Origin: a virus
DNA: 64,000 nucleotides
IMG/VR virus record: IMGVR_UViG_3300020195_000020
Coordinates: 1-64,000 of that record
Strand: one strand, 5' to 3'
Position numbers and translations under genes: made by a program. Below are positions 37,157-46,359 of the stretch, piece after piece. The notes under the pieces are model-generated. The model worked only from the letters and a program-made list of their open reading frames with translations. It searched no databases and was not told where the DNA came from. The stretch's first letter is position 1, and each line of letters begins with the position of its first letter.

Positions 37157-37848
37157 CCAAACCGCTCTACCAAATCCTGGGCGCCAGCGAGACCGACGAC
37201 CCGGCGACTATCGCCGCGGCCTATCGTCGGCTCTCGAAGAGGTTCCACCCCGACAAGAATCCGGGCGACGATGCCGCGGCCGAGCACTTCAAACAAATCG
37301 CCGAGGCCTTCGAGATCTTGAACGACCCGGGGCGGCGGGCCGGGTACGACCGCACCGGTGAGATTCCCCACTCGACCGAGCAAGCCGACCGCCGCGAGGC
37401 TTTGCGGGTGCTGCAAAGCGTGATCCACCAGATCGTTGGCAAGGACCTGAAGCACGGGGTCAGAACCATCCAGCGAAAGCTGCTGGTGGACGTCGGCGAA
37501 GTGCTCGATGGCGCGATTGAACACATCGAACACGACCTGGACAAGATGCGCCGTGCCCAGACCCGGCTCGAAGAAGTCGCCGGCCGCATTTCATCACAGG
37601 ACGGCCAAGAGAATCTGCTCGCCGCTCTCACTCTGGAGCCGGTCAAGAAGATCGAGGCCGACATCGAACAGAGCCAGCGCTATCTGGCAATCCACAAGTT
37701 GGCCTGGGAGATCCTCAGGCAATTCAACTTCCGCTCGGACGCCCCGGCCGCGTCGGTCTGGGCAACTGGCAGGCAGGCGCGAGGGTTCATGCCTGACAGC
37801 GCCAACTGGCGGGAATTCGTAAGTGGCGATTTCGGTTGGGGAGATTGA
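37153..37848 (+). CDS. J-domain protein
   Basis: LYQILG...I.AAYRRL...FHPDKNPGD...F.QI.EAF.IL.D..RR..YD. Confidence 0.92.
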   Translation: MTKPLYQILGASETDDPATIAAAYRRLSKRFHPDKNPGDDAAAEHFKQIAEAFEILNDPGRRAGYDRTGEIPHSTEQADRREALRVLQSVIHQIVGKDLKHGVRTIQRKLLVDVGEVLDGAIEHIEHDLDKMRRAQTRLEEVAGRISSQDGQENLLAALTLEPVKKIEADIEQSQRYLAIHKLAWEILRQFNFRSDAPAASVWATGRQARGFMPDSANWREFVSGDFGWGD

Positions 37849-37852
37849 TCAG

Positions 37853-38059
37853 ATGCCCAAAAAACCCAAATGCCCGCAGTGCAAGCGGCCCGGCAAGAAG
37901 GTCTCGGATCGGCGGTACAAGTGCCCGATTCACGGCTATTTCGACGACATGCCGAACGAGGGCGGCGACTACGCGGCCAATCCGGCCAAACGCATCGAGC
38001 GCCGCGAGGAGCTGGACGAGGCCCGCAAATTCAACGATCGCCGGATGGGGAGAAGTTAG
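37853..38059 (+). CDS. Small Zn-ribbon protein
   Basis: CPQC...CPIH. Confidence 0.55.
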   Translation: MPKKPKCPQCKRPGKKVSDRRYKCPIHGYFDDMPNEGGDYAANPAKRIERREELDEARKFNDRRMGRS

Positions 38060-38063
38060 CTCA

Positions 38064-38234
38064 ATGGAGGTTTGCCTACGCACCGGGAAAGTTCGGCACA
38101 AGACCAAAGCCAAGGCACACAGGGCGCTGCGGAGTTTGAAGCTGCGCACGAGTCGGGACTATCAGGGCGAGGCCTACCGCTGCCAGATCTGCGGCGATTG
38201 GCATTTTGGCAAACAGCGGCCCAAGGCTCGCTAG
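38064..38234 (+). CDS. Small basic phage Zn-finger protein
   Basis: C..TGK.R...AYRC..CG.WH. Confidence 0.65.
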   Translation: MEVCLRTGKVRHKTKAKAHRALRSLKLRTSRDYQGEAYRCQICGDWHFGKQRPKAR

Positions 38235-38250
38235 GAGGAATTGCCGAGCG

Positions 38251-38529
38251 ATGGGACACCAAGAGATCGAGCTCACGCTGGAGGAGTTCAAGCTGCTATT
38301 CGAGCTGCGGGGAATTCCGCAGCGAAACAGTCATTTCATGTACGTGCACGGCGAGGAGCGAATTGCGGTGGCTGCCGGCCTGGTCAAGCGCGGACTCTTG
38401 GAGGAAAGCGAAGGCCTGGAGAAAGGCGATCGGACGTTTCGGCTCAACAAGCCAGGTCGTGAGGCGCTTAAGACCGAATGGCTGGAGCGCGGCGCGCCCA
38501 ACTACAAGGACATCTTTGGGGACAAGTGA
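38251..38529 (+). CDS. Winged-helix-like hypothetical protein
   Basis: AGGAGG RBS, LVKRGLL...FRL...GREAL. Confidence 0.55.
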   Translation: MGHQEIELTLEEFKLLFELRGIPQRNSHFMYVHGEERIAVAAGLVKRGLLEESEGLEKGDRTFRLNKPGREALKTEWLERGAPNYKDIFGDK

Positions 38530-39650
38530 TGGGCGAGAACAGCAAAATTCAGTGGACCGATCACACGTTTAACCCGTGGCGTGGTTGTACGCACGCGACG
38601 CTGGCCGATGGGACAGCTCACCCGGGTTGTGAGCACTGCTATGCCGAGACGATGAGCAAGCGGAATCCGCAGGCGCTGGGCAAGTGGGGGCGTGACGGCG
38701 TGCGGGTCGTCGGTGCGCCTGCCTATTGGAAACTGCCGCTCAAGTGGAACGCCGCGGCCGAGAAGGAAGTCGTGCGCAAGCGGGTGTTCTGCGCCAGCCT
38801 GGCCGACGTGTTCGAGGACTGGCCAACTCTGCTGAATGATCATCGTGGGTGTATCCTTTCTTCGTGCCGCGAGTGTGGAAAGATCTTTGCAAAAGGTGCT
38901 GATCCCGCTTGCGAATGCCACCCCCGAGAGCATGACATTTGTCGCCTCGCCGACGTGCGTCTCAAGCTGTTTCGTCTTATCGACGCAACCCCCTGGCTCG
39001 ACTGGCTGCTGCTGACCAAGCGACCCGGCAACATTCGCCGCATGCTGATGCCGTGGCTGCGAGACCGCATGGGTGCCGGCCGCGAATCTCCGGACGATGC
39101 CTGGAAACAGGGCTTGCCGCTCAACAACGTCTGGCTGCTGACCAGCGTGAGCGATCAGGCCACCGCCGACGCTCTCGTGCCCGAGTTGCTCAGGTGCCGC
39201 CACTTGGTGCCAGTACTTGGGCTCTCTGCCGAACCGCTCTTGGGACCGATCAATCTCCAACGGACCAACGTGATCTGGTTCGACAAGACGGATGGAGCAC
39301 CCGTCGAGTACATCGGCAACGCGCTCAACGGACATATTCCCTTCAACCGAAGCGGCCACCCCGATAGCTCGCTGGTTGGCGCGCACTTGGATCTGATCAT
39401 CGCCGGCGGCGAAAGCGGCGGCCATGCGCGGCCCATGCAGCCCGAGTGGGCCAGGTCGCTCCGCGATCAGTGTCAGTCCGCCGGCACGGCCTTTTTCTTC
39501 AAGCAATGGGGCGAGTGGCGCCCGCCGGAGATCGGCGAAGACGTTTACGGCGCGATCCCCAGACTGAGCAAAGTCGGCAAGTCCCGGGCCGGGCGCCTGC
39601 TGGACGGCGTCGAACACAACGGCATGCCCGAACCGGCGAGGGCCCATTGA
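38529..39650 (+). CDS. DUF5131 (phage Gp37/Gp68) family protein
   Basis: S.IQWTDHTFNPW.GC...PGCEHCYA, VFCASLADVF, LLTKRP, I.GGESG..ARPM.P.W.RSLRDQC and FFFKQWG motifs. Confidence 0.95.
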   Translation: MGENSKIQWTDHTFNPWRGCTHATLADGTAHPGCEHCYAETMSKRNPQALGKWGRDGVRVVGAPAYWKLPLKWNAAAEKEVVRKRVFCASLADVFEDWPTLLNDHRGCILSSCRECGKIFAKGADPACECHPREHDICRLADVRLKLFRLIDATPWLDWLLLTKRPGNIRRMLMPWLRDRMGAGRESPDDAWKQGLPLNNVWLLTSVSDQATADALVPELLRCRHLVPVLGLSAEPLLGPINLQRTNVIWFDKTDGAPVEYIGNALNGHIPFNRSGHPDSSLVGAHLDLIIAGGESGGHARPMQPEWARSLRDQCQSAGTAFFFKQWGEWRPPEIGEDVYGAIPRLSKVGKSRAGRLLDGVEHNGMPEPARAH

Positions 39651-40006
39651 TGCCGCGGAACATGAGCTTCGCCCTGACCACCGAGCAAATTCGCGATCGG
39701 TCCAAGACCGAAACGCGGCGAGTCGGCTGGGGCCGCCTGCGGCCCGGCGAACAGTTTTGGGCGGTCGTGAAGGCCCAGGGTCTCAAGAAGGGCGAGAAGA
39801 TCGAGCGTATCGCCCTGCTCGAGTGTGTGACCAATAACCGCGAGTGGCTGACCGCGATGACGCCGGCGGCCTGCAGGCGTGAAGGCTTCCCGGACATGAC
39901 ACCCGCCGAGTTCATCGAAATGTTTTGCCGGAACATGAACATCGGCCAGCAGCGTGAGATCAACGTGATCCGTTTCAAGTACATCGACGGGCCGCCGGCG
40001 CCCTGA
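39650..40006 (+). CDS. ASCH/PUA-like protein
   Basis: MSFALT..QI....KT.TRR.GW..L.PG and REGFP motifs. Confidence 0.75.
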   Translation: MPRNMSFALTTEQIRDRSKTETRRVGWGRLRPGEQFWAVVKAQGLKKGEKIERIALLECVTNNREWLTAMTPAACRREGFPDMTPAEFIEMFCRNMNIGQQREINVIRFKYIDGPPAP

Positions 40007-40046
40007 CTACGAACCACTAACCCCTGACCACGATACGGAGATTCCC

Positions 40047-41087
40047 ATGGTCTCAGCCCTCAAACAACTTGAAGTCCGCAACGCCGAAGACGTGATCGCC
40101 AAGATCGAACGCGACAACAAGGTCTTGCGCTACGTCTGGAGCACCGACCACACTCCCGCCGGAAGATGCAATGCCCTGCGGGCCGCCGGCCCGGCACTGG
40201 ACTCTGGCGACACGTTGCGCATCCAGCCGGGGGACTGGGATTTTGGCGACCAATACGTCGCGCTGCCCAACGGCATCGTGCTGGCCGGCTGCGGGATGGG
40301 CGTGACGCGGTTGATCAATCGGCAACTCGATCAGGCCAACCGCTGCGGCTTTCAGATCGGTGGCCGCGGGCTGTCGCTGCGGGAGCTGTCGCTGATCTGG
40401 GAGCCAGCCGACAAGACCAAGCCGTACGGTGGCCAGACGCTGGGCATGACCGGCAACAACGGCATCAGCATGACCGCCGCCTCGGCGACCGAGATCGAAG
40501 CGATCAGCTACGGCGGCGCCGCGATCTACTTCTGGAGCGACGGCAAGGGACACCAATTCAAGGCCAAGAAGTCGAACTTCTATTCGGGCCGCTGGTGCGG
40601 TTGCCTGGGCGCTGGCAGCGCTGAGGATTCGGCGCTGCTCACGTTCGTCGACTGCAACTTCACGACCGATTTTGGCAAATACGGCGGCGCGGGCGGCCTA
40701 ATGGGGATGCCACCGAATACGGTCGGCTTTGTCAGCCGCGGCGGTCGGACCACGATCACGGGCGGCAGCATCAACGTCAAGGGTTACCCGGGCAGTGGCG
40801 TCGTCGGGGACAACAACAAGGACCCGTTCAAGATGGTCTACGGCGCTGCCTGCAGCAGCCTTGGCGACCCGGGCAATCCGCTGCCCGAGTACACGTGGGC
40901 CTGGCCGTATCTCACGATCGACGGCGTCACGTTCAATATCCAGCCGAATGGCATCGCCGACTGGGCCGACGTTTGGGCTCACATCGGCACGACGCTGATC
41001 AGGGGCGGCCGCGGCTCGGGCCTGAACGGCGCGTACGTGCTGAAAGGCAAACGCTACTCGCTGGAAGGCGGTGCGATCGCGGCGTGA
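40047..41087 (+). CDS. Right-handed beta-helix (pectin-lyase-like) protein
   Basis: GDTL.I.PG.W, I.L.G.G.G.T.L, Gly-rich beta repeats. Confidence 0.6.
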   Translation: MVSALKQLEVRNAEDVIAKIERDNKVLRYVWSTDHTPAGRCNALRAAGPALDSGDTLRIQPGDWDFGDQYVALPNGIVLAGCGMGVTRLINRQLDQANRCGFQIGGRGLSLRELSLIWEPADKTKPYGGQTLGMTGNNGISMTAASATEIEAISYGGAAIYFWSDGKGHQFKAKKSNFYSGRWCGCLGAGSAEDSALLTFVDCNFTTDFGKYGGAGGLMGMPPNTVGFVSRGGRTTITGGSINVKGYPGSGVVGDNNKDPFKMVYGAACSSLGDPGNPLPEYTWAWPYLTIDGVTFNIQPNGIADWADVWAHIGTTLIRGGRGSGLNGAYVLKGKRYSLEGGAIAA

Positions 41088-41161
41088 GTCGTAGGGGCCA
41101 GGGACTAGTGGCCGGTGGTTAGTTACGAACGATTCGAGGTTTCGACACAAAGGAGTGATTT

Positions 41162-41737
41162 ATGGATTGGATTTTCGATTCGCTGCTCTATTTCGCCGGA
41201 TGGCTGCTCGCTGGCTTATGTGCATGGCGATGGCTGGTCAGTCTGCTGGGTTGGTACACGTCTGACCGCGAACTGCAAAAACTTCGCGACAGGTTATGCC
41301 GAGAGGGCTACGGACTTTGGGAACCTGACCGACACACCGGCACGCCGCAATTCGAGTTGCAACCTATTTCTTACGGCGCGCTCAAGCAACACGTTGAGTC
41401 GACGGACTCCCGTTACAACTCGCTGTCTAGAACGTACGACAAAAATAACCTTGAATTGCAGAAGCTCAAGGCGGATCGCGAGCAGGATATTGCTTGCTCC
41501 CAGGCAAGCGACCGGGGGCTCCTGGAAAAGTTGGCCAAGGAGCGGGACGAAGCGGTCGAATCGCTGGCCGCGACCAAGGCCGAGCTTGAGAAGGCGCTGG
41601 CCGACTCATCGATCAATTCATGGCGCCAGGCGCAGCTTGACCATGTCCTAGCTCAGACCGAGCTGCTCACGGCCCAGGCGGCGCAAACCCGCGGCTTGAC
41701 GCAGCCCTCTGTCCGTTCACGGCGGAGAGCTTCGTAA
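41162..41737 (+). CDS. Membrane-anchored coiled-coil protein
   Basis: AAGGAG RBS, N-terminal TM segment, heptad-rich C-terminus. Confidence 0.65.
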   Translation: MDWIFDSLLYFAGWLLAGLCAWRWLVSLLGWYTSDRELQKLRDRLCREGYGLWEPDRHTGTPQFELQPISYGALKQHVESTDSRYNSLSRTYDKNNLELQKLKADREQDIACSQASDRGLLEKLAKERDEAVESLAATKAELEKALADSSINSWRQAQLDHVLAQTELLTAQAAQTRGLTQPSVRSRRRAS

Positions 41738-42246
41738 TGCCAGGTCGCAAGGGCATCGGTGGTCACACTCTGGCGAATCGTGGCGCAAGCGACGATTGGA
41801 TCACGCCGCGCGCGATCATCGATGCCCTCGGGCCGTTCGACCTGGACCCCTGCGCGTGCGATCCCCAGCCGTGGCCAACGGCCAATGCGATGCTGACCAA
41901 GGGTGGGTTGTTGGTGCCGTGGACCGGTCGCGTCTGGTGCAACCCGCCTTACGGACCGGAAACCGGCAAGTGGCTGAATCGGCTGGCGAGCCATGGCGAT
42001 GGGATTGCCCTGATCTTCGCCAGGACCGAGACGGAAATGTTTCACAAGTATGTCTGGGGAGCGGCGACCGCCGCGCTGTTTCTGCGGGGGCGGCTGAACT
42101 TCTACACGCCGGCCGGCCAGCGTTCGCGCTACAACGCCGGCGGCCCGAGTGTGCTGGTGGCTTATGGAGAGTTGAACGCCGGAGCGATCTGGACCGCCGT
42201 GATCAGCGGCAAGTTGAAAGGGCACGTTGTTGAAACCAAACGATAA
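41737..42246 (+). CDS. Phage DNA N6-adenine methyltransferase (Dam-like)
   Basis: D.W.TP, FDLDPCA, VWCNPPYG, ARTET..F and FLRGRL.F motifs. Confidence 0.92.
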   Translation: MPGRKGIGGHTLANRGASDDWITPRAIIDALGPFDLDPCACDPQPWPTANAMLTKGGLLVPWTGRVWCNPPYGPETGKWLNRLASHGDGIALIFARTETEMFHKYVWGAATAALFLRGRLNFYTPAGQRSRYNAGGPSVLVAYGELNAGAIWTAVISGKLKGHVVETKR

Positions 42247-42256
42247 GGAAACCGTC

Positions 42257-42955
42257 ATGAAACGTCGTATTGCTGAGTGCGTGTTGGGCGTCGCCTGCAT
42301 CTTCGCCCTGGCCTTTACACCTGGCCCCGAGCCAGCGCCGCGGGGGCCATCGCGGCCAGGCCTGCTCAATAGTGGCCTGCTGCACTACGAAGCGGGAACC
42401 GACGGCATGCTGACGTCGTACGTGGGCCCGCCGCGCGGCGTCAACGGTGAACCGCACGAGGCCGACGACGTCGAGGACCTGTTTCGAGAGAGCGGGCCTG
42501 GCGTCGACGACCCGTTTCGCGAGGCCGAAGAGTTGCCCAAACCGGAGCCCGACGCGCCGCAATTCGAACCGAACCTCGTCGCACGTCCGATCGCGCTGAA
42601 ATCGATCGGCGACCTAGTTCAAGTCGGCGACGTGTTGTATCAGATCACGACCGAGCCGGCAGTGCCCAACCCGCACCGCGGCATGTTCCTGTCCCCGGTT
42701 GACAGCCTGCCGCCAGCTCCGCCTGAGCCGCCGGTTGGGATGTCGCCCATTGCCGGTCCCGAGGAACCCAAGCACTGGTTCACGATTGAAGTCCTGCCAA
42801 CGCTTCGCGAGGGCCATAGGGACTGGCCGCCAATGGTACTGGTGCTCGACCAGGTGACCGGCACGATCGACCAGTTTCACTCCCTGCCGGAGGGCAAGAT
42901 CTTGTGGAAAGGTCGATCCAAGCCGATCTACATACCGCCGAAGGGGAAGCGATGA
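42257..42955 (+). CDS. Secreted/membrane Pro-rich hypothetical protein
   Basis: Signal-like N-terminus MKRRIAECVLGVACIFALA. Confidence 0.6.
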   Translation: MKRRIAECVLGVACIFALAFTPGPEPAPRGPSRPGLLNSGLLHYEAGTDGMLTSYVGPPRGVNGEPHEADDVEDLFRESGPGVDDPFREAEELPKPEPDAPQFEPNLVARPIALKSIGDLVQVGDVLYQITTEPAVPNPHRGMFLSPVDSLPPAPPEPPVGMSPIAGPEEPKHWFTIEVLPTLREGHRDWPPMVLVLDQVTGTIDQFHSLPEGKILWKGRSKPIYIPPKGKR

Positions 42956-43239
42956 GCCCAATGACACCCGAAGACTTTGCCAAGGATCTGGACGTCGCCG
43001 GCCACCTTCGCAAAATCGCCCAATTGAACGACCAGATCAAGGCGGTCGAGGACAACCTCTCGATCCACGTCGTGCTAGTTCGGCCCGGCAGCCTGCCAAA
43101 CATCAATGTGAATGTGTCTCCCGAGCATCGCGACGCGATTTTGCAAATGCTCCGGGAAACGCTGGCGCCAGAGCTCAAGACCCAAAAGGAAGCGTTGGAC
43201 ACGGCCCTGGACTCACTTACCACCACGGAACAGAAATGA
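42952..43239 (+). CDS. Hypothetical protein
   Basis: Coupled ORF. Confidence 0.55.
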   Translation: MSPMTPEDFAKDLDVAGHLRKIAQLNDQIKAVEDNLSIHVVLVRPGSLPNINVNVSPEHRDAILQMLRETLAPELKTQKEALDTALDSLTTTEQK

Positions 43240-43814
43240 ACTCTCTCCCCATCGTTGAAAACTGCGACGGCTGCGGCGCCTGCTGCATGGCGATGCGCAC
43301 GCCGCCGTTTCTCATCTTCTGGCCCCACGGTGAAGATCAGCCGCTGGCGCCCGACGGCCAGCGCGGCAGCGATCCGGTCGACTACGCGTTTCTGATGGGT
43401 GCGCCCGAGGAAGCCCGCCGGATCATGCGTGAGCGGCTGCTGACGCCGCATGACAGCGTGCCCGACGAGGCCCCTTGCTCGTGGCTGGACCTGGAAACCA
43501 AGCGCTGCCGGTTCCACGAGCATCGGCCGGAGCTCTGCCGGGATTTTCCCGTGGGCGGCGATGGCTGCCTGCGCAATCGCATCTTTCAGGGCGTGGCCGG
43601 ACCGCTGGAGCCCGCCGCGCTGGCGGACATGGTGCGAAAGGAAGCGTATTGGGAGAAGAAACGAGTTCGCCAGGTGCCCAAAAAGGAGCGGCTGGCGAGC
43701 CGGTCGCGCACCGCACGCGCGATGCGAATGCTGGAGCGCGAAGAGATCAACCGAATGGTCGGCAACCCCATGCCGGCAGACCCGAGACCGCGGCCGGACG
43801 ATCCGGCCAGTTAG
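43236..43814 (+). CDS. YkgJ family cysteine-cluster protein
   Basis: CDGCGACC ... PCSWLD....C..HE.RP.LCRDF. Confidence 0.88.
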   Translation: MNSLPIVENCDGCGACCMAMRTPPFLIFWPHGEDQPLAPDGQRGSDPVDYAFLMGAPEEARRIMRERLLTPHDSVPDEAPCSWLDLETKRCRFHEHRPELCRDFPVGGDGCLRNRIFQGVAGPLEPAALADMVRKEAYWEKKRVRQVPKKERLASRSRTARAMRMLEREEINRMVGNPMPADPRPRPDDPAS

Positions 43815-43934
43815 CACCGTTCGCGGTGGCCGGCCTTACCCGGCGCCGGACGTTCCGATCGCGGGGGAGTTTGCCCCTCGACCTGCGAAGCCGGGCGGCC
43901 GCCGCGTCATTTTTCACTCTGACCGAAAGACAGC

Positions 43935-45626
43935 ATGATCAAACTCGACCCTAAGTTTCGCTTTGCCGACCTGTTTTGCGGTGCCGGCGGTTTCACCAGC
44001 GGCGCCGAGGCCTCGGGCGTGGCCCGCGGCGTGCTGGCCATCAATCACTGGCGGCCGGCCGTCTCGACCCACCTGCAAAACCATCCCCACGTGCGGCACG
44101 TCTGTGCGTCGATCGATCACGTCGACCCGCGGGACTTCGAGAAGGATGGGATCAACCTGCTCTTGGCGTCGCCGGAGTGCGTGTTTCACAGTGTGGCCCG
44201 CGGCGGCCGGCCAGTGGATGACCAGCGCCGCGCTACCGCCTGGTGCGTGCCGCGATGGCTGGAGGCGATCAAACCCAAGTGGGCGATCATCGAGAACGTC
44301 CGAGAGTTCGTCGATTGGGGGCCGCTGGGATGCGACGACCGCCCGCTCAAGAGCAAGAAGGGGCTGATCTTCCAAGCCTGGGTGCAGGCGATCCGGGCGC
44401 TGGGCTATCACGTCGAATGGAAACTCTTGAACGCGGCCGACTATGGCGAGGCAACCAAGCGGATTCGCCTGTTCGTCGTTTGCCGCCGCGGCCGCTCGAC
44501 CAAGCCAATCCCCTGGCCAACACCCACGCACGCCAAAGAGAACTGGACGCCGGCCTGGAAGATCATCGACTGGTCCAAGCCCTGCCCAAGCATCTTCGGC
44601 CGCAAGCGGCCGCTGGCCGAAAAGACGCTGCGACGCATCGAGCAAGGACTGCGGAAATTCTGCCGGCCGGAGATCGTCGAACCCTTCCTGGTGAAGATGC
44701 GCGGCACCAACAACGCCGCCAGCGTGCACGACCCGGCGCCGACAGTCACCGCCGGCGGGAATCACCTGGGCGTGGCCATGCCATTTCAACTCAAGGCCGC
44801 TGGCCGCTGCCCGGGCCTGACAAAACCGATCACAGACCCTCTGCCATCAGTTTTGGGGCGAGAGAACCACGCGATCGTCGTGCCTTTCCTTACGCAGTTT
44901 CACAATGGCCCAGACGGCGACCAGCGAAACTATCCGGTCGACCAGCCGGTCCCGACGCTCGATACGCAGAATCGCTATGGCGTGGTGGCGCCGTTCATCG
45001 TGCCCAACTTCGGCGAGCGAGACGGCCAGGCCCCGCGGACCCACGACGTCAACGATCCGCTGCCGACGGCCACCAGCCACGGCGCCGGCGGTCTGGTGTT
45101 CCCGTTCATGGTCGATACGAATTGGGGTGAAAACCGCGACGGTCGGAACCGTGTGCACGATCTCAATTCGCCTTTACCAACTGTGACAACGCAACACGGT
45201 CAGGCCGTTGTCGCGCCCTTTCTGCTGCCGCGCCAGGGCCACTACGACTGTCAAAAGGACAAGCCGGCCAAGGGCGTCGACGAACCGCTGGGAACGATCC
45301 TGGCAAATCACTCGCCGGCCCACCTGGTGCTGCCATTCCTGACCTCTTACTACGGCACCGGGCACGCGATGCCGGTGACCGAGCCGATCACGTCGCTGAC
45401 CACCAAGCACCGCCACGGCCTGGCCCTGGTGGAAACCATGCGGGAGTTGGGAATCGTCGACATCGGTTTCCGGATGCTCGACGTCGACGAGCTCGCCGCC
45501 GCCCAGGGCTTTGCCAGCGACTATTTCCTGCATGGCACCAAGGCCGAGCAGGTCAAGCAAATCGGCAACGCGGTCTGCCCGGGAGTGGCCCGGGCGCTGG
45601 TCGAAGCCATCGGGAGGGCCGCATGA
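43935..45626 (+). CDS. DNA cytosine-C5 methyltransferase
   Basis: DLFCGAGG, ASPEC, IENVREF, LNAADYG..T.R.RLF and QIGNAV motifs. The variable region is built of repeats. Confidence 0.95.
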   Translation: MIKLDPKFRFADLFCGAGGFTSGAEASGVARGVLAINHWRPAVSTHLQNHPHVRHVCASIDHVDPRDFEKDGINLLLASPECVFHSVARGGRPVDDQRRATAWCVPRWLEAIKPKWAIIENVREFVDWGPLGCDDRPLKSKKGLIFQAWVQAIRALGYHVEWKLLNAADYGEATKRIRLFVVCRRGRSTKPIPWPTPTHAKENWTPAWKIIDWSKPCPSIFGRKRPLAEKTLRRIEQGLRKFCRPEIVEPFLVKMRGTNNAASVHDPAPTVTAGGNHLGVAMPFQLKAAGRCPGLTKPITDPLPSVLGRENHAIVVPFLTQFHNGPDGDQRNYPVDQPVPTLDTQNRYGVVAPFIVPNFGERDGQAPRTHDVNDPLPTATSHGAGGLVFPFMVDTNWGENRDGRNRVHDLNSPLPTVTTQHGQAVVAPFLLPRQGHYDCQKDKPAKGVDEPLGTILANHSPAHLVLPFLTSYYGTGHAMPVTEPITSLTTKHRHGLALVETMRELGIVDIGFRMLDVDELAAAQGFASDYFLHGTKAEQVKQIGNAVCPGVARALVEAIGRAA

Positions 45627-45982
45627 TCACCGACGCCCAGGCTCTGACGGCGCCCGCCGGCGATGAATTCGACCGCTGGCTGCACGCCCGAGTGTTCAAC
45701 CTGAACCCCAAGAAATGGCCCTGGCCCTACTCCAAGGAGGTGCAGGACGCGTTGGAGTTTATCGGCGGCGAGCTCCGTCGCCAGGGCTGGCTAATCCTGT
45801 TGCGTGAGCCGTTCGAGGGGTTTTGGGAATGCCAGTTTTCTAACCACACGCGGCACTTGCACGCGACCGGTCACGGCGACACGCCGGCCCTGGCGATCTG
45901 CCACACCGCGGCCCTGGTGGTCGTGTTGCACAACAACCAACCCCAAACCGCACACGCCACCGCAGGAGCAACGAGCCCATGA
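45623..45982 (+). CDS. Hypothetical phage protein
   Basis: YS.....A...T.ALAIC..AL motif common in phage early proteins. Confidence 0.6.
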   Translation: MITDAQALTAPAGDEFDRWLHARVFNLNPKKWPWPYSKEVQDALEFIGGELRRQGWLILLREPFEGFWECQFSNHTRHLHATGHGDTPALAICHTAALVVVLHNNQPQTAHATAGATSP

Positions 45983-46347
45983 TGGACCCCAACAGCTACT
46001 TCTGCCGTGGCGGCCTGCCAATAGTGTCGGACCAAATCTATTGGTCGCACCTGAGCGTGCCGATCCTGAATTGCCTGATCGGCCAGCCGTGGGACGAAGT
46101 GGCACTGGCGCTGGTCGTGGCCCACAAGCCGACCCGGCTACGCGTGACCACTGGTGAGGTTTTCACCGATTCCTGGTCCGGCCGCGTGACGGTCTACGTC
46201 GATCGCCAGCCGAAGCTGATCGGCGTGCCGGCGACCATCGAGTGGATCGAGCAGGAGGTGACCCTACCGATGCCGCGGGACCTGAAAAACGGTCACGAGC
46301 TGATGATTTACCTGGAAGACCGCGGCGTGAAAATCAGTCAACCCTAG
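45979..46347 (+). CDS. Hypothetical protein
   Basis: Coupled ORF with a GGAG RBS. Confidence 0.55.
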   Translation: MMDPNSYFCRGGLPIVSDQIYWSHLSVPILNCLIGQPWDEVALALVVAHKPTRLRVTTGEVFTDSWSGRVTVYVDRQPKLIGVPATIEWIEQEVTLPMPRDLKNGHELMIYLEDRGVKISQP

Positions 46348-46359
46348 CAGGAAGCTCCC

